Positions 1-12,922 of a stretch of DNA of 64,000 nt are shown here, one piece after another. The notes below the pieces were generated by a model that saw only the letters and a list, made by a program, of their open reading frames with translations, was not told the origin of the DNA and searched no databases. Numbering within the stretch: the first letter of the stretch is position 1; each line of letters begins with the position of its first letter. The stretch is from the human T2T-CHM13v2.0 reference genome, Homo sapiens, in assembly GCF_009914755.1 (NCBI RefSeq), contig NC_060940.1. The stretch is one strand, 5' to 3'. Both the position numbers and the translations under genes were made by a program.

Positions 1-33
1 AAACCCGACAGAATCATTCTCAGAAACTGCTCT

Positions 34-1047
34 GTGATGTGTGCGTTCAACTCACAGAGTTTAACTTTTCTTTTCATTCAGCAGTTTGGAAACACTCTGT
101 TTGTAAAGTCTGCAAGTGGATATCTTGGCCTCTTAGAGGCCTTCGTTGGAAACGGGTTTTTTCATGTAAGGTTAGACAGAGGAATTCCCAGTAACTTCCT
201 TGTGTTGTGTGCATTCAACTCACAGAGTTGAATGATTCTTTACACAGAGCAGATTTGAGACACTCTTTGGGTGGAATTTGTAAGTGGAGAATTCAGGCGC
301 TTTGAGGTCAACGGTAGAAAAGGAAATATCTTCGTATAAAAACTAGACAGAATGATTCTCAGAAACTGTTTTGTGATGTGTGCGTTCAACTCACAGAGTT
401 TAACCTTTCTTTTCAAAGAGCAGTTAGGAAACACTCTGTAAAATCTGCAAGTGGATATTCAGACCTCTTTGAGGCCTTCGTTGGAAACGGGATTTCTTCA
501 TATAATGCTAGAGGGAAGAATTCTTAGTAACTTCTTTGTGTTGTGTGTATTGAACTGACAGAGTTGAACCTTCCTTTAGACAGAGCAGATTTGAAAGTCT
601 CTTTTTGTGGAATTTGCAAGTGGAGATTTCAAGCGCTTTGAGGCCAAAAGCAGAAAAGGAAATATTTTCTTATAAAAACTAGAGAGAATCATTCTCAGAA
701 ACTGCTCTGTGATGTGTGTGTTCAACTCACAGAGTTTAACTTTCTTTTCATTCAGCAGTTTGGAAACACTCTGTTTGGAAAGTCTGCACGTGGATATTTT
801 GACCTCTTTGAGGCCTTCGTTGGAAACGGGTTTTTTTCATGTAAGGCTAGACAGAAGAAATCTCAGTAACTTCCTTGTGTTGTGTGTATTCAACTGACAG
901 AGTTGAACCTTCCTTTAGACAGAGCAGATTCGAAACGCTCTTTTTCTGCAATTTGCAAGTGGAGACTTCAAGCGCTTTGAGGCCAAAGGCAGAAAAGGAA
1001 ATATCTTCGTATAAAAACCCGACAGAATCATTCTCAGAAACTGCTCT
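34..1047 (+). repeat. 6-mer HOR structural variant (1014 bp)
   Basis: Anchor spacing is 1014, equal to 1699 minus 680 (two dimers), minus a 4-bp deletion (CTCTGT[TTGT]AAA), minus 1 bp (AACTTTCTTTTC). Confidence 0.92.
476..492 (+). promoter_or_regulatory. CENP-B box (representative copy; recurs about every 340 bp, 5 per 10-mer and 3 per 6-mer)
   Basis: CTTCGTTGGAAACGGGA matches the 17-bp consensus YTTCGTTGGAARCGGGA, including the core NTTCGNNNNANNCGGGN. Confidence 0.95.
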
Positions 1048-4000
1048 GTGATGTGTGCGTTCAACTCACAGAGTTTAACTTTTCTTTTCATTCAGCAGTT
1101 TGGAAACACTCTGTTTGTAAAGTCTGCAAGTGGATATCTTGGCCTCTTAGAGGCCTTCGTTGGAAACGCGTTTTTTCATGTAAGGTTAGACAGAGGAATT
1201 CCCAGTAACTTCCTTGTGTTGTGTGCATTCAACTCACAGAGTTGAATGATTCTTTACACAGAGCAGATTTGAGACACACTTTTGGTGGAATTTGTAAGTG
1301 GAGAATTCAGCCGCTTTGAGGTCAACGGTAGAAAAGGAAATATCTTCGTATAAAAACTAGAAAGAATGATTCTCAGAAACTGTTTTGTGATGTGTGCGTT
1401 CAACTCACAGAGTTTAACCTTTCTTTTCAAAGAGCAGTTAGGAAACACTCTGTTTGTAAAGTCTGCAAGTGGATATTCAGACCTCTTTGAAGCCTTCGTT
1501 GGAAACGGGATTTCATCATATTATGCTAGACAGATGAATTCTCAGTAACTTCCTTGTGTTGTGTGTATTCAACTCACAGAGTTGAACGATCCTTTACACA
1601 GAGCAGATTTGAAACACTGTTTTTCTGGAATTTGCAAGTGGAGATTTCAGCCGCTTTGAGGTCAATGGTAGAAAAGGAAATATCTTCGTATAAAAACTGG
1701 ACAGAATGATTCCCAGAAACTCCTTTGTGATGTGTGCGTTCAACTCACAGAGTTTAACCTTTCTTTTCACAGAGCAGTTAGGAAACACTCTGTTTGTGAA
1801 GCCTGCCAGTGGATATTCGGACCTCTTTGAGGCCTTCGTTGGAAACGGGATTTCTTCATATTTTGCTAGACAGAAGAATTCTCAGTAACTTCTTTGTGTT
1901 GTGTGTATGCAACTCACAGAGTTCAACCTTCCTTTAGACAGAGCAGATTTGAAACACTCTTTTTGTGGAATTTGCAAGTGGAAATTTCAAGCGCATCGAT
2001 GCCAATGGTAGAAAAGGAAATTTCTTCGTATAAAAACAAGACAAACTCGTTCCCAGACACTGCGTAGTGATGTGTGTGTTTAACTCACAGAGTTTAACCT
2101 TTCTTTTCATACAGCATTCTGGAAACCCTCTGTTTGTAAAGTCTGCAAGTGGATATTTGGACCTCTTAGATGCCTTCGTTGGAAACGGGATTTCTTCATA
2201 TAATGCTAGAGGGAAGAATTCTTAGTAACTTCTTTGTGTTGTGTGTATTCAACTGACAGAGTTGAACCTTCCTTTAGACAGAGCAGATTTGAAAGTCTCT
2301 TTTTGTGGAATTTGCAAGTGGAGATTTCAAGCGCTTTGAGGCCAAAAGCAGAAAAGGAAATATTTTCCTATAAAAACTCGACAGAATCATTCTCAGAAAC
2401 TGCTCTGTGATGTGTGCGTTCAACTCACAGAGTTTAACTTTTCTTTTCATTCAGCAGTTTGGAAACACTGTTTGGAAAGTCTGCACGTGGATATTTTGAC
2501 CTCTTTGAGGCCTTCGTTGGAAACGGGTTTTTTTCATGTAAGGCTAGACAGAAGAAATCTCAGTAACTTCCTTGTGTTGTGTGTATTCAACTGACAGAGT
2601 TGAACCTTCCTTTAGACAGAGCAGATTCGAAACACTCTTTTTCTGCAATTTGCAAGTGGAGACTTCAAGCGCTTTGAGGCCAAAGGCAGAAAAGGAAATA
2701 TCTTCGTATAAAAACCCGACAGAATCATTCTCAGAAACTGCTCTGTGATGTGTGCGTTCAACTCACAGAGTTTAACTTTTCTTTTCATTCAGCAGTTTGG
2801 AAACACTCTGTTTGTAAAGTCTGCAAGTGGATATCTTGGCCTCTTAGAGGCCTTCGTTGGAAACGGGTTTTTTCATGTAAGGATAGACAGAGGAATTCCC
2901 AGTAACTTCCTTGTGTTGTGTGCATTCAACTCACAGAGTTGAATGATTCTTTACACAGAGCAGATTTGAGACACTCTTTTGGTGGAATTTGTAAGTGGAG
3001 AATTCAGCCGCTTTGAGGTCAACGGTAGAAAAGGAAATATCTTCGTATAAAAACTAGACAGAATGATTCTCAGAAACTGTTTTGTGATGTGTGCGTTCAA
3101 CTCACAGAGTTTAACCTTTCTTTTCAGAGAGCAGTTAGGAAACACTCTGTTTGTAAAGTCTGCAAGTGGATATTCAGACCTCTTTGAGGCCTTCGTTGGA
3201 AACGGGATTTCTTCATATTATGCTAGACAGATGAATTCTCAGTAACTTCCTTGTGTTGTGTGTATTCAACTCACAGAGTTGAACGATCCTTTACACAGAG
3301 CAGATTTGAAACACTGTTTTTCTGGAATTTGCAAGTGGAGATTTCAGCGGCTTTGAGGTCAATGGTAGAAAAGGAAATATCTTCGTATAAAAACTAGACA
3401 GAATGATTCTCAGAAACTCCTTTGTGATGTGTGCGTTCAACTCACAGAGTTTAACCTTTCTTTTCACAGAGCAGTTAGGAAACACTCTGTTTGTGAAGCC
3501 TGCCAGTGGATATTCGGACCTCTTTGAGGCCTTCGTTGGAAACGGGATTTCTTCATATTATGCTAGACAGAAGATTTCTCAGTAACTTCTTTGTGTTGTG
3601 TGTATGCAACTCACAGAGTTCAACCTTCCTTTAGACAGAGCAGATTTGAAACACTCTTTTTGTGGAATTTGCAAGTGGAGATTTCAAGCGCTTCGATGCC
3701 AATGGTAGAAAAGTAAATATCTTCGTATAAAAACAAGACAAACTCGTTCCCAGACACTGCGTAGTGATGTGTGTGTTTAACTCACAGAGTTTAACCTTTC
3801 TTTTCATACAGCATTCTGGAAACCCTCTGTTTGTAAAGTCTGCAAGTGGATATTTGGACCTCTTAGATGCCTTCGTTGGAACGGGATTTCCTCATATAAT
3901 GCTAGAGGGAAGAATTCTTAGTAACTTCTTTGTGTTGTGTGTATTCAACTGACAGAGTTGAACCTTCCTTTAGACAGAGCAGATTTGAAAGTCTCTTTTT

Positions 4001-4442
4001 GTGGAATTTGCAAGTGGAGATTTCAAGCGCTTTGAGGCCAAAAGCAGAAAAGGAAATATTTTCCTATAAAAACTAGACAGAATCTTTCTCAGAAACTGCT
4101 CTGGGATGTGTGCGTTCAACTCACAGAGTTTAACTTTTCTTTTCATTCAGCAGTTTGGAAACACTCTGTTTGGAAAGTCTGCACGTGGATATTTTGACCT
4201 CTTTGAGGCCTTCGTTGGAAACGGGTTTTTTTCATGTAAGGCTAGACAGAAGAAATCTCAGTAACTTCCTTGTGTTGTGTGTATTCAACTGACAGAGTTG
4301 AACCTTCCTTTAGACAGAGCAGATTCGAAACACTCTTTTTCTGCAATTTGCAAGTGGAGACTTCAAGCGCTTTGAGGCCAAAGGCAGAAAAGGAAATATC
4401 TTCGTATAAAAACCCGACAGAATCATTCTCAGAAACTGCTCT
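1048..4442 (+). repeat. Two 10-mer HORs (1697, 1698 bp)
   Basis: Anchors at 1048, 2745 and 4443; all five dimers are present in each unit. Confidence 0.9.
1155..1171 (+). promoter_or_regulatory. Mutant CENP-B box CTTCGTTGGAAACGCGT (representative of 12 copies)
   Basis: G>C at box position 15 (nt 1169) breaks the CGGG core. The same variant occurs in the first box of the units starting at 1048, 5457, 8169, 21416, 24129, 34320, 37032, 41441, 44151, 46864, 49576 and 53988, visible as GNAFF instead of GNGFF in the ORF track. Confidence 0.85.
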
Positions 4443-7400
4443 GTGATGTGTGCGTTCAACTCACAGAGTTTAACTTTTCTTTTCATTCAGCAGTTTGGAA
4501 ACACTCTGTTTGTAAAGTCTGCAAGTGGATATCTTGGCCTCTTAGAGGCCTTCGTTGGAAACGGGTTTTTTCATGTAAGGTTAGACAGAGGAATTCCCAG
4601 TAACTTCCTTGTGTTGTGTGCATTCAACTCACAGAGTTGAATGATTCTTTACACAGAGCAGATTTGAGACACTCTTTGGGTGGAATTTGTAAGTGGAGAA
4701 TTCAGCCGCTTTGAGGTCAACGGTAGAAAAGGAAATATCTTCGTATAAAAACTAGACAGAATGATTCTCAGAAACTGTTTTGTGATGTGTGCGTTCAACT
4801 CACAGAGTTTAACCTTTCTTTTCAAAGAGCAGTTAGGAAACACTCTGTAAAATCTGCAAGTGGATATTCAGACCTCTTTGAGGCCTTCGTTGGAAACGGG
4901 ATTTCTTCATATAATGCTAGAGGGAAGAATTCTTAGTAACTTCTTTGTGTTGTGTGTATTGAACTGACAGAGTTGAACCTTCCTTTAGACAGAGCAGATT
5001 TGAAAGTCTCTTTTTGTGGAATTTGCAAGTGGAGATTTCAAGCGCTTTGAGGCCAAAAGCAGAAAAGGAAATATTTTCTTATAAAAACTAGAGAGAATCA
5101 TTCTCAGAAACTGCTCTGTGATGTGTGTGTTCAACTCACAGAGTTTAACTTTCTTTTCATTCAGCAGTTTGGAAACACTCTGTTTGGAAAGTCTGCACGT
5201 GGATATTTTGACCTCTTTGAGGCCTTCGTTGGAAACGGGTTTTTTTCATGTAAGGCTAGACAGAAGAAATCTCAGTAACTTCCTTGTGTTGTGTGTATTC
5301 AACTGACAGAGTTGAACCTTCCTTTAGACAGAGCAGATTCGAAACGCTCTTTTTCTGCAATTTGCAAGTGGAGACTTCAAGCGCTTTGAGGCCAAAGGCA
5401 GAAAAGGAAATATCTTCGTATAAAAACCCGACAGAATCATTCTCAGAAACTGCTCTGTGATGTGTGCGTTCAACTCACAGAGTTTAACTTTTCTTTTCAT
5501 TCAGCAGTTTGGAAACACTCTGTTTGTAAAGTCTGCAAGTGGATATCTTGGCCTCTTAGAGGCCTTCGTTGGAAACGCGTTTTTTCATGTAAGGTTAGAC
5601 AGAGGAATTCCCAGTAACTTCCTTGTGTTGTGTGCATTCAACTCACAGAGTTGAATGATTCTTTACACAGAGCAGATTTGAGACACACTTTTGGTGGAAT
5701 TTGTAAGTGGAGAATTCAGCCGCTTTGAGGTCAACGGTAGAAAAGGAAATATCTTCGTATAAAAACTAGAAAGAATGATTCTCAGAAACTGTTTTGTGAT
5801 GTGTGCGTTCAACTCACAGAGTTTAACCTTTCTTTTCAAAGAGCAGTTAGGAAACACTCTGTTTGTAAAGTCTGCAAGTGGATATTCAGACCTCTTTGAA
5901 GCCTTCGTTGGAAACGGGATTTCATCATATTATGCTAGACAGATGAATTCTCAGTAACTTCCTTGTGTTGTGTGTATTCAACTCACAGAGTTGAACGATC
6001 CTTTACACAGAGCAGATTTGAAACACTGTTTTTCTGGAATTTGCAAGTGGAGATTTCAGCCGATTTGAGGTCAATGGTAGAAAAGGAAATATCTTCGTAT
6101 AAAAAATAGACAGAATGATTCTCAGAAACTCCTTTGTGATGTGTGCGTTCAACTCACAGAGTTTAACCTTTCTTTTCACAGAGCAGTTAGGAAACACTCT
6201 GTTTGTGAAGCCTGCCAGTGGATATTCGGACCTCTTTGAGGCCTTCGTTTGAAACGGGATTTCTTCATATTATGCTAGACAGAAGATTTCTCAGTAACTT
6301 CTTTGTGTTGTGTGTATGCAACTCACAGAGTTCAACCTTCCTTTAGACAGAGCAGATTTGAAACACTCTTTTTGTGGAATTTGCAAGTGGAGATTTCAAG
6401 CGCTTCGATGCCAATGGTAGAAAAGGAAATATCTTCGTATAAAAACAAGACAAACTCGTTCCCAGACACTGCGTAGTGATGTGTGTGTTTAACTCACAGA
6501 GTTTAACCTTTCTTTTCATACAGCATTCTGGAAACCCTCTGTTTGTAAAGTCTGCAAGTGGATATTTGGACCTCTTAGATGCCTTCGTTGGAACGGGATT
6601 TCCTCATATAATGCTAGAGGGAAGAATTCTTAGTAACTTCTTTGTGTTGTGTGTATTCAACTGACAGAGTTGAACCTTCCTTTAGACAGAGCAGATTTGA
6701 AAGTCTCTTTTTGTGGAATTTGCAAGTGGAGATTTCAAGCGCTTTGAGGCCAAAAGCAGAAAAGGAAATATTTTCCTATAAAAACTAGACAGAATCTTTC
6801 TCAGAAACTGCTCTGGGATGTGTGCGTTCAACTCACAGAGTTTAACTTTTCTTTTCATTCAGCAGTTTGGAAACACTCTGTTTGGAAAGTCTGCACGTGG
6901 ATATTTTGACCTCTTTGAGGCCTTCGTTGGAAACGGGTTTTTTTCATGTAAGGCTAGACAGAAGAAATCTCAGTAACTTCCTTGTGTTGTGTGTATTCAA
7001 CTGACAGAGTTGAACCTTCCTTTACACAGAGCAGATTCGAAACACTCTTTTTCTGCAATTTGCAAGTGGAGACTTCAAGCGCTTTGAGGCCAAAGGCAGA
7101 AAAGGATATATCTTCGTATAAAAACCCGACAGAATCATTCTCAGAAACTGCTCTGTGATGTGTGCGTTCAACTCACAGAGTTTAACTTTTCTTTTCATTC
7201 AGCAGTTTGGAAACACTCTGTTTGTAAAGTCTGCAAGTGGATATCTTGGCCTCTTAGAGGCCTTCGTTGGAAACGGGTTTTTTCATGTAAGGTTAGACAG
7301 AGGAATTCCCAGTAACTTCCTTGTGTTGTGTGCATTCAACTCACAGAGTTGAATGATTCTTTACACAGAGCAGATTTGAGACACTCTTTGGGTGGAATTT

Positions 7401-9865
7401 GTAAGTGGAGAATTCAGCCGCTTTGAGGTCAACGGTAGAAAAGGAAATATCTTCGTATAAAAACTAGACAGAATGATTCTCAGAAACTGTTTTGTGATGT
7501 GTGCGTTCAACTCACAGAGTTTAACCTTTCTTTTCAAAGAGCAATTAGGAAACACTCTGTAAAGTCTGCAAGTGGATATTCAGACCTCTTTGAGGCCTTC
7601 GTTGGAAACGGGATTTCTTCATATAATGCTAGAGGGAAGAATTCTTAGTAACTTCTTTGTGTTGTGTGTATTGAACTGACAGAGTTGAACCTTCCTTTAG
7701 ACAGAGCAGATTTGAAAGTCTCTTTTTGTGGAATTTGCAAGTGGAGATTTCAAGCGCTTTGAGGCCAAAAGCAGAAAAGGAAATATTTTCCTATAAAAAC
7801 TAGAGAGAATCATTCTCAGAAACTGCTCTGTGATGTGTGTGTTCAACTCACAGAGTTTAACTTTCTTTTCATTCAGCAGTTTGGAAACACTCTGTTTGGA
7901 AAGTCTGCACGTGGATATTTTGACCTCTTTGAGGCCTTCGTTGGAAACGGGTTTTTTTCATGTAAGGCTAGACAGAAGAAATCTCAGTAACTTCCTTGTG
8001 TTGTGTGTATTCAACTGACAGAGTTGAACCTTCCTTTAGACAGAGCAGATTCGAAACGCTCTTTTTCTGCAATTTGCAAGTGGAGACTTCAAGCGCTTTG
8101 AGGCCAAAGGCAGAAAAGGAAATATCTTCGTATAAAAACCCGACAGAATCATTCTCAGAAACTGCTCTGTGATGTGTGCGTTCAACTCACAGAGTTTAAC
8201 TTTTCTTTTCATTCAGCAGTTTGGAAACACTCTGTTTGTAAAGTCTGCAAGTGGATATCTTGGCCTCTTAGAGGCCTTCGTTGGAAACGCGTTTTTTCAT
8301 GAAAGGTTAGACAGAGGAATTCCCAGTAACTTCCTTGTGTTGTGTGCATTCAACTCACAGAGATGAATGATTCTTTACACAGAGCAGATTTGAGACACAC
8401 TTTTGGTGGAATTTGTAAGTGGAGAATTCAGCCGCTTTGAGGTCAACGGTAGAAAAGGAAATATCTTCGTATAAAAACTAGAAAGAATGATTCTCAGAAA
8501 CTGTTTTGTGATGTGTGCGTTCAACTCACAGAGTTTAACCTTTCTTTTCAAAGAGCAGTTAGGAAACACTCTGTTTGTAAAGTCTGCAAGTGGATATTCA
8601 GACCTCTTTGAAGCCTTCGTTGGAAACGGGATTTCATCATATTATGCTAGACAGATGAATTCTCAGTAACTTCCTTGTGTTGTGTGTATTCAACTCACAG
8701 AGTTGAACGATCCTTTACACAGAGCACATTTGAAACACTGTTTTTCTGGAATTTGCAAGTGGAGATTTCAGCCGCTTTGAGGTCAATGGTAGAAAAGGAA
8801 ATATCTTCGTATAAAAACTAGACAGAATGATTCTCAGAAACTCCTTTGTGATGTGTGCGTTCAACTCACAGAGTTTAACCTTTCTTTTCACAGAGCAGTT
8901 AGGAAACACTCTGTTTGTGAAGCCTGCCAGTGGATATTCGGACCTCTTTGAGGCCTTCGTTGGAAACGGGATTTCTTCATATTTTGCTAGACAGAAGATT
9001 TCTCAGTAACTTCTTTGTGTTGTGTGTATGCAACTCACAGAGTTCAACCTTCCTTTAGACAGAGCAGATTTGAAACACTCTTTTTGTGGAATTTGCAAGT
9101 GGAAATTTCAAGCGCATCGATGCCAATGGTAGAAAAGGAAATATCTTCGTATAAAAACAAGACAAACTCGTTCCCAGACACTGCGTAGTGATGTGTGTGT
9201 TTAACTCACAGAGTTTAACCTTTCTTTTCATACAGCATTCTGGAAACCCTCTGTTTGTAAAGTCTGCAAGTGGATATTTGGACCTCTTAGATGCCTTCGT
9301 TGGAAACGGGATTTCTTCATATAATGCTAGAGGGAAGAATTCTTAGTAACTTCTTTGTGTTGTGTGTATTCAACTGACAGAGTTGAACCTTCCTTTAGAC
9401 AGAGCAGATTTGAAAGTCTCTTTTTGTGGAATTTGCAAGTGGAGATTTCAAGCGCTTTGAGGCCAAAGGCAGAAAAGGAAATATCTTCGTATAAAAACCC
9501 GACAGAATCATTCTCAGAAACTGCTCTGTGATGTGTGCGTTCAACTCACAGAGTTTAACTTTTCTTTTCATTCAGCAGTTTGGAAACACTGTTTGGAAAG
9601 TCTGCACGTGGATATTTTGACCTCTTTGAGGCCTTCGTTGGAAACGGGTTTTTTTCATGTAAGGCTAGACAGAAGAAATCTCAGTAACTTCCTTGTGTTG
9701 TGTGTATTCAACTGACAGAGTTGAACCTTCCTTTAGACAGAGCAGATTCGAAACGCTCTTTTTCTGCAATTTGCAAGTGGAGACTTCAAGCGCTTTGAGG
9801 CCAAAGGCAGAAAAGGAAATATCTTCGTATAAAAACCCGACAGAATCATTCTCAGAAACTGCTCT
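4443..9865 (+). repeat. Two tandem 6-mer+10-mer (16-mer) super-units
   Basis: Anchors at 4443, 5457, 7155, 8169 and 9866, giving spacings 1014, 1698, 1014, 1697. Confidence 0.9.
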
Positions 9866-11564
9866 GTGATGTGTGCGTTCAACTCACAGAGTTTAACTTT
9901 TCTTTTCATTCAGCAGTTTGGAAACACTCTGTTTGTAAAGTCTGCAAGTGGATATCTTGGCCTCTTAGAGGCCTTCGTTGGAAACGGGTTTTTTCATGTA
10001 AGGTTAGACAGAGGAATTCCCAGTAACTTCCTTGTGTTGTGTGCATTCAACTCACAGAGTTGAATGATTCTTTACACAGAGCAGATTTGAGACACTCTTT
10101 TGGTGGAATTTGTAAGTGGAGAATTCAGCTGCTTTGAGGTCAACGGTAGAAAAGGAAATATCTTCGTATAAAAACTAGACAGAATGATTCTCAGAAACTG
10201 TTTTGTGATGTGTGCGTTCAACTCACAGAGTTTAACCTTTCTTTTCAAAGAGCAGTTAGGAAACACTCTGTTTGTAAAGTCTGCAAGTGGATATTCAGAC
10301 CTCTTTGAGGCCTTCGTTGGAAACGGGGTTTCTTCATATTATGCTAGACAGATGAATTCTCAGTAACTTCCTTGTGTTGTGTGTATTCAACTCACAGAGT
10401 TGAACGATCCTTTACACAGAGCAGATTTGAAACACTGTTTTTCTGGAATTTGCAAGTGGAGATTTCAGCCGCTTTGAGGTCAATGGTAGAAAAGGAAATA
10501 TCTTCGTATAAAAACTAGACAGAATGATTCCCAGAAACTCCTTTGTGATGTGTGCGTTCAACTCACAGAGTTTAACCTTTCTTTTCACAGAGCAGTTAGG
10601 AAACACTCTGTTTGTGAAGCCTGCCAGTGGATATTCGGACCTCTTTGAGGCCTTCGTTGGAAACGGGATTTCTTCATATTATGCTAGACAAAAGATTTCT
10701 CAGTAACTTCTTTGTGTTGTGTATATGCAACTCACAGAGTTCAACCTTCCTTTAGACAGAGCAGATTTGAAACACTCTTTTTGTGGAATTTGCAAGTGGA
10801 GATTTCAAGCGCTTCGATGCCAATGGTAGAAAAGGAAATATCTTCGTATAAAAACAAGACAAACTCGTTCCCAGACACTGCGTAGTGATGTGTGTGTTTA
10901 ACTCACAGAGTTTCACCTTTCTTTTCATACAGCATTCTGGAAACCCTCTGTTTGTAAAGTCTGCAAGTGGATATTTGGACCTCTTAGATGCCTTCGTTGG
11001 AAACGGGATTTCTTCATATAATGCTAGAGGGAAGAATTCTTAGTAACTTCTTTGTGTTGTGTGTATTCAACTGACAGAGTTGAACCTTCCTTTAGACAGA
11101 GCAGATTTGAAAGTCTCTTTTTGTGGAATTTGCAAGTGGAGATTTCAAGCGCTTTGAGGCCAAAAGCAGAAAAGGAAATATTTTCCTATAAAAACTCGAC
11201 AGAATCTTTCTCAGAAACTGCTCTGGGATGTGTGCGTTCAACTCACAGAGTTTAACTTTTCTTTTCATTCAGCAGTTTGGAAACACTCTGTTTGGAAAGT
11301 CTGCACGTGGATATTTTGACCTCTTTGAGGCCTTCGTTGGAAACGGGTTTTTTTCATGTAAGGCTAGACAGAAGAAATCTCAGTAACTTCCTTGTGTTGT
11401 GTGTATTCAACTGACAGAGTTGAACCTTCCTTTAGACAGAGCAGATTCGAAACACTCTTTTTCTGCAATTTGCAAGTGGAGACTTCAAGCGCTTTGAGGC
11501 CAAAGGCAGAAAAGGAAATATCTTCGTATAAAAACCCGACAGAATCATTCTCAGAAACTGCTCT
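9866..11564 (+). repeat. 10-mer HOR (1699 bp)
   Basis: Anchor spacing is 1699. Confidence 0.9.
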
Positions 11565-12922
11565 GTGATGTGTGCGTTCAACTCACAGAGTTTAACTTTT
11601 CTTTTCATTCAGCAGTTTGGAAACACTCTGTTTGTAAAGTCTGCAAGTGGATATCTTGGCCTCTTAGAGGCCTTCGTTGGAAACGGGTTTTTTCATTTAA
11701 GGTTAGACAGAGGAATTCCCAGTAACTTCCTTGTGTTGTGTGCATTCAACTCACAGAGTTGAATGATTCTTTACACAGAGCAGATTTGAGACACTCTTTT
11801 GGTGGAATTTGTAAGTGGAGAATTCAGCCGCTTTGAGGTCAACGGTAGAAAAGGAAATATCTTCGTATAAAAACTAGACAGAATGATTCTCAGAAACTGT
11901 TTTGTGATGTGTGCTTTCAACTCACAGAGTTTAACCTTTCTTTTCAAAGAGCAGTTAGGAAACACTCTGTTTGTAAAGTCTGCAAGTGGATATTCAGACC
12001 TCTTTGAGGCCTTCGTTGGAAACGGGATTTCTTCATATTATGCTAGACAGAAGATTTCTCAGTAACTTCTTTGTGTTGTGTGTATGCAACTCACAGAGTT
12101 CAACCTTCCTTTAGACAGAGCAGATTTGAAACACTCTTTTTGTGGAATTTGCAAGTGGAGATTTCAAGCGCTTCGATGCCAATGGTAGAAAAGGAAATAT
12201 CTTCGTATAAAAACAAGACAAACTCGTTCCCAGACACTGCGTAGTGATGTGTGTGTTTAACTCACAGAGTTTAACCTTTCTTTTCATACAGCATTCTGGA
12301 AACCCTGTGTTTGTAAAGTCTGCAAGTGGATATTTGGACCTCTTAGATGCCTTCGTTGGAAACGGGATTTCTTCATATAATGCTAGAGGGAAGAATTCTT
12401 AGTAACTTCTTTGTGTTGTGTGTATTCAACTGACAGAGTTGAACCTTCCTTTAGACAGAGCAGATTTGAAAGTCTCTTTTTGTGGAATTTGCAAGTGGAG
12501 ATTTCAAGCGCTTTGAGGCCAAAAGCAGAAAAGGAAATATTTTCCTATAAAAACTCGACAGAATCTTTCTCAGAAACTGCTCTGGGATGTGTGCATTCAA
12601 CTCACAGAGTTTAACTTTTCTTTTCATTCAGCAGTTTGGAAACACTCTGTTTGGAAAGTCTGCACGTGGATATTTTGACCTCTTTGAGGCCTTCGTTGAA
12701 ACGGGTTTTTTTCATGTAAGGCTAGACAGAAGAAATCTCAGTAACTTCCTTGTGTTGTGTGTATTCAACTGACAGAGTTGAACCTTCCTTTAGACAGAGC
12801 AGATTCGAAACACTCTTTTTCTGCAATTTGCAAGTGGAGACTTCAAGCGCTTTGAGGCCAAAGGCAGAAAAGGAAATATCTTCGTATAAAAACCCGACAG
12901 AATCATTCTCAGAAACTGCTCT
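11565..12922 (+). repeat. 8-mer HOR structural variant (1358 bp), single copy
   Basis: Anchor spacing is 1358. The unit lacks the dimer containing GAACGATCC...GTGAAGCCTGCC, and the junction lies within 11997-12051. Confidence 0.92.
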
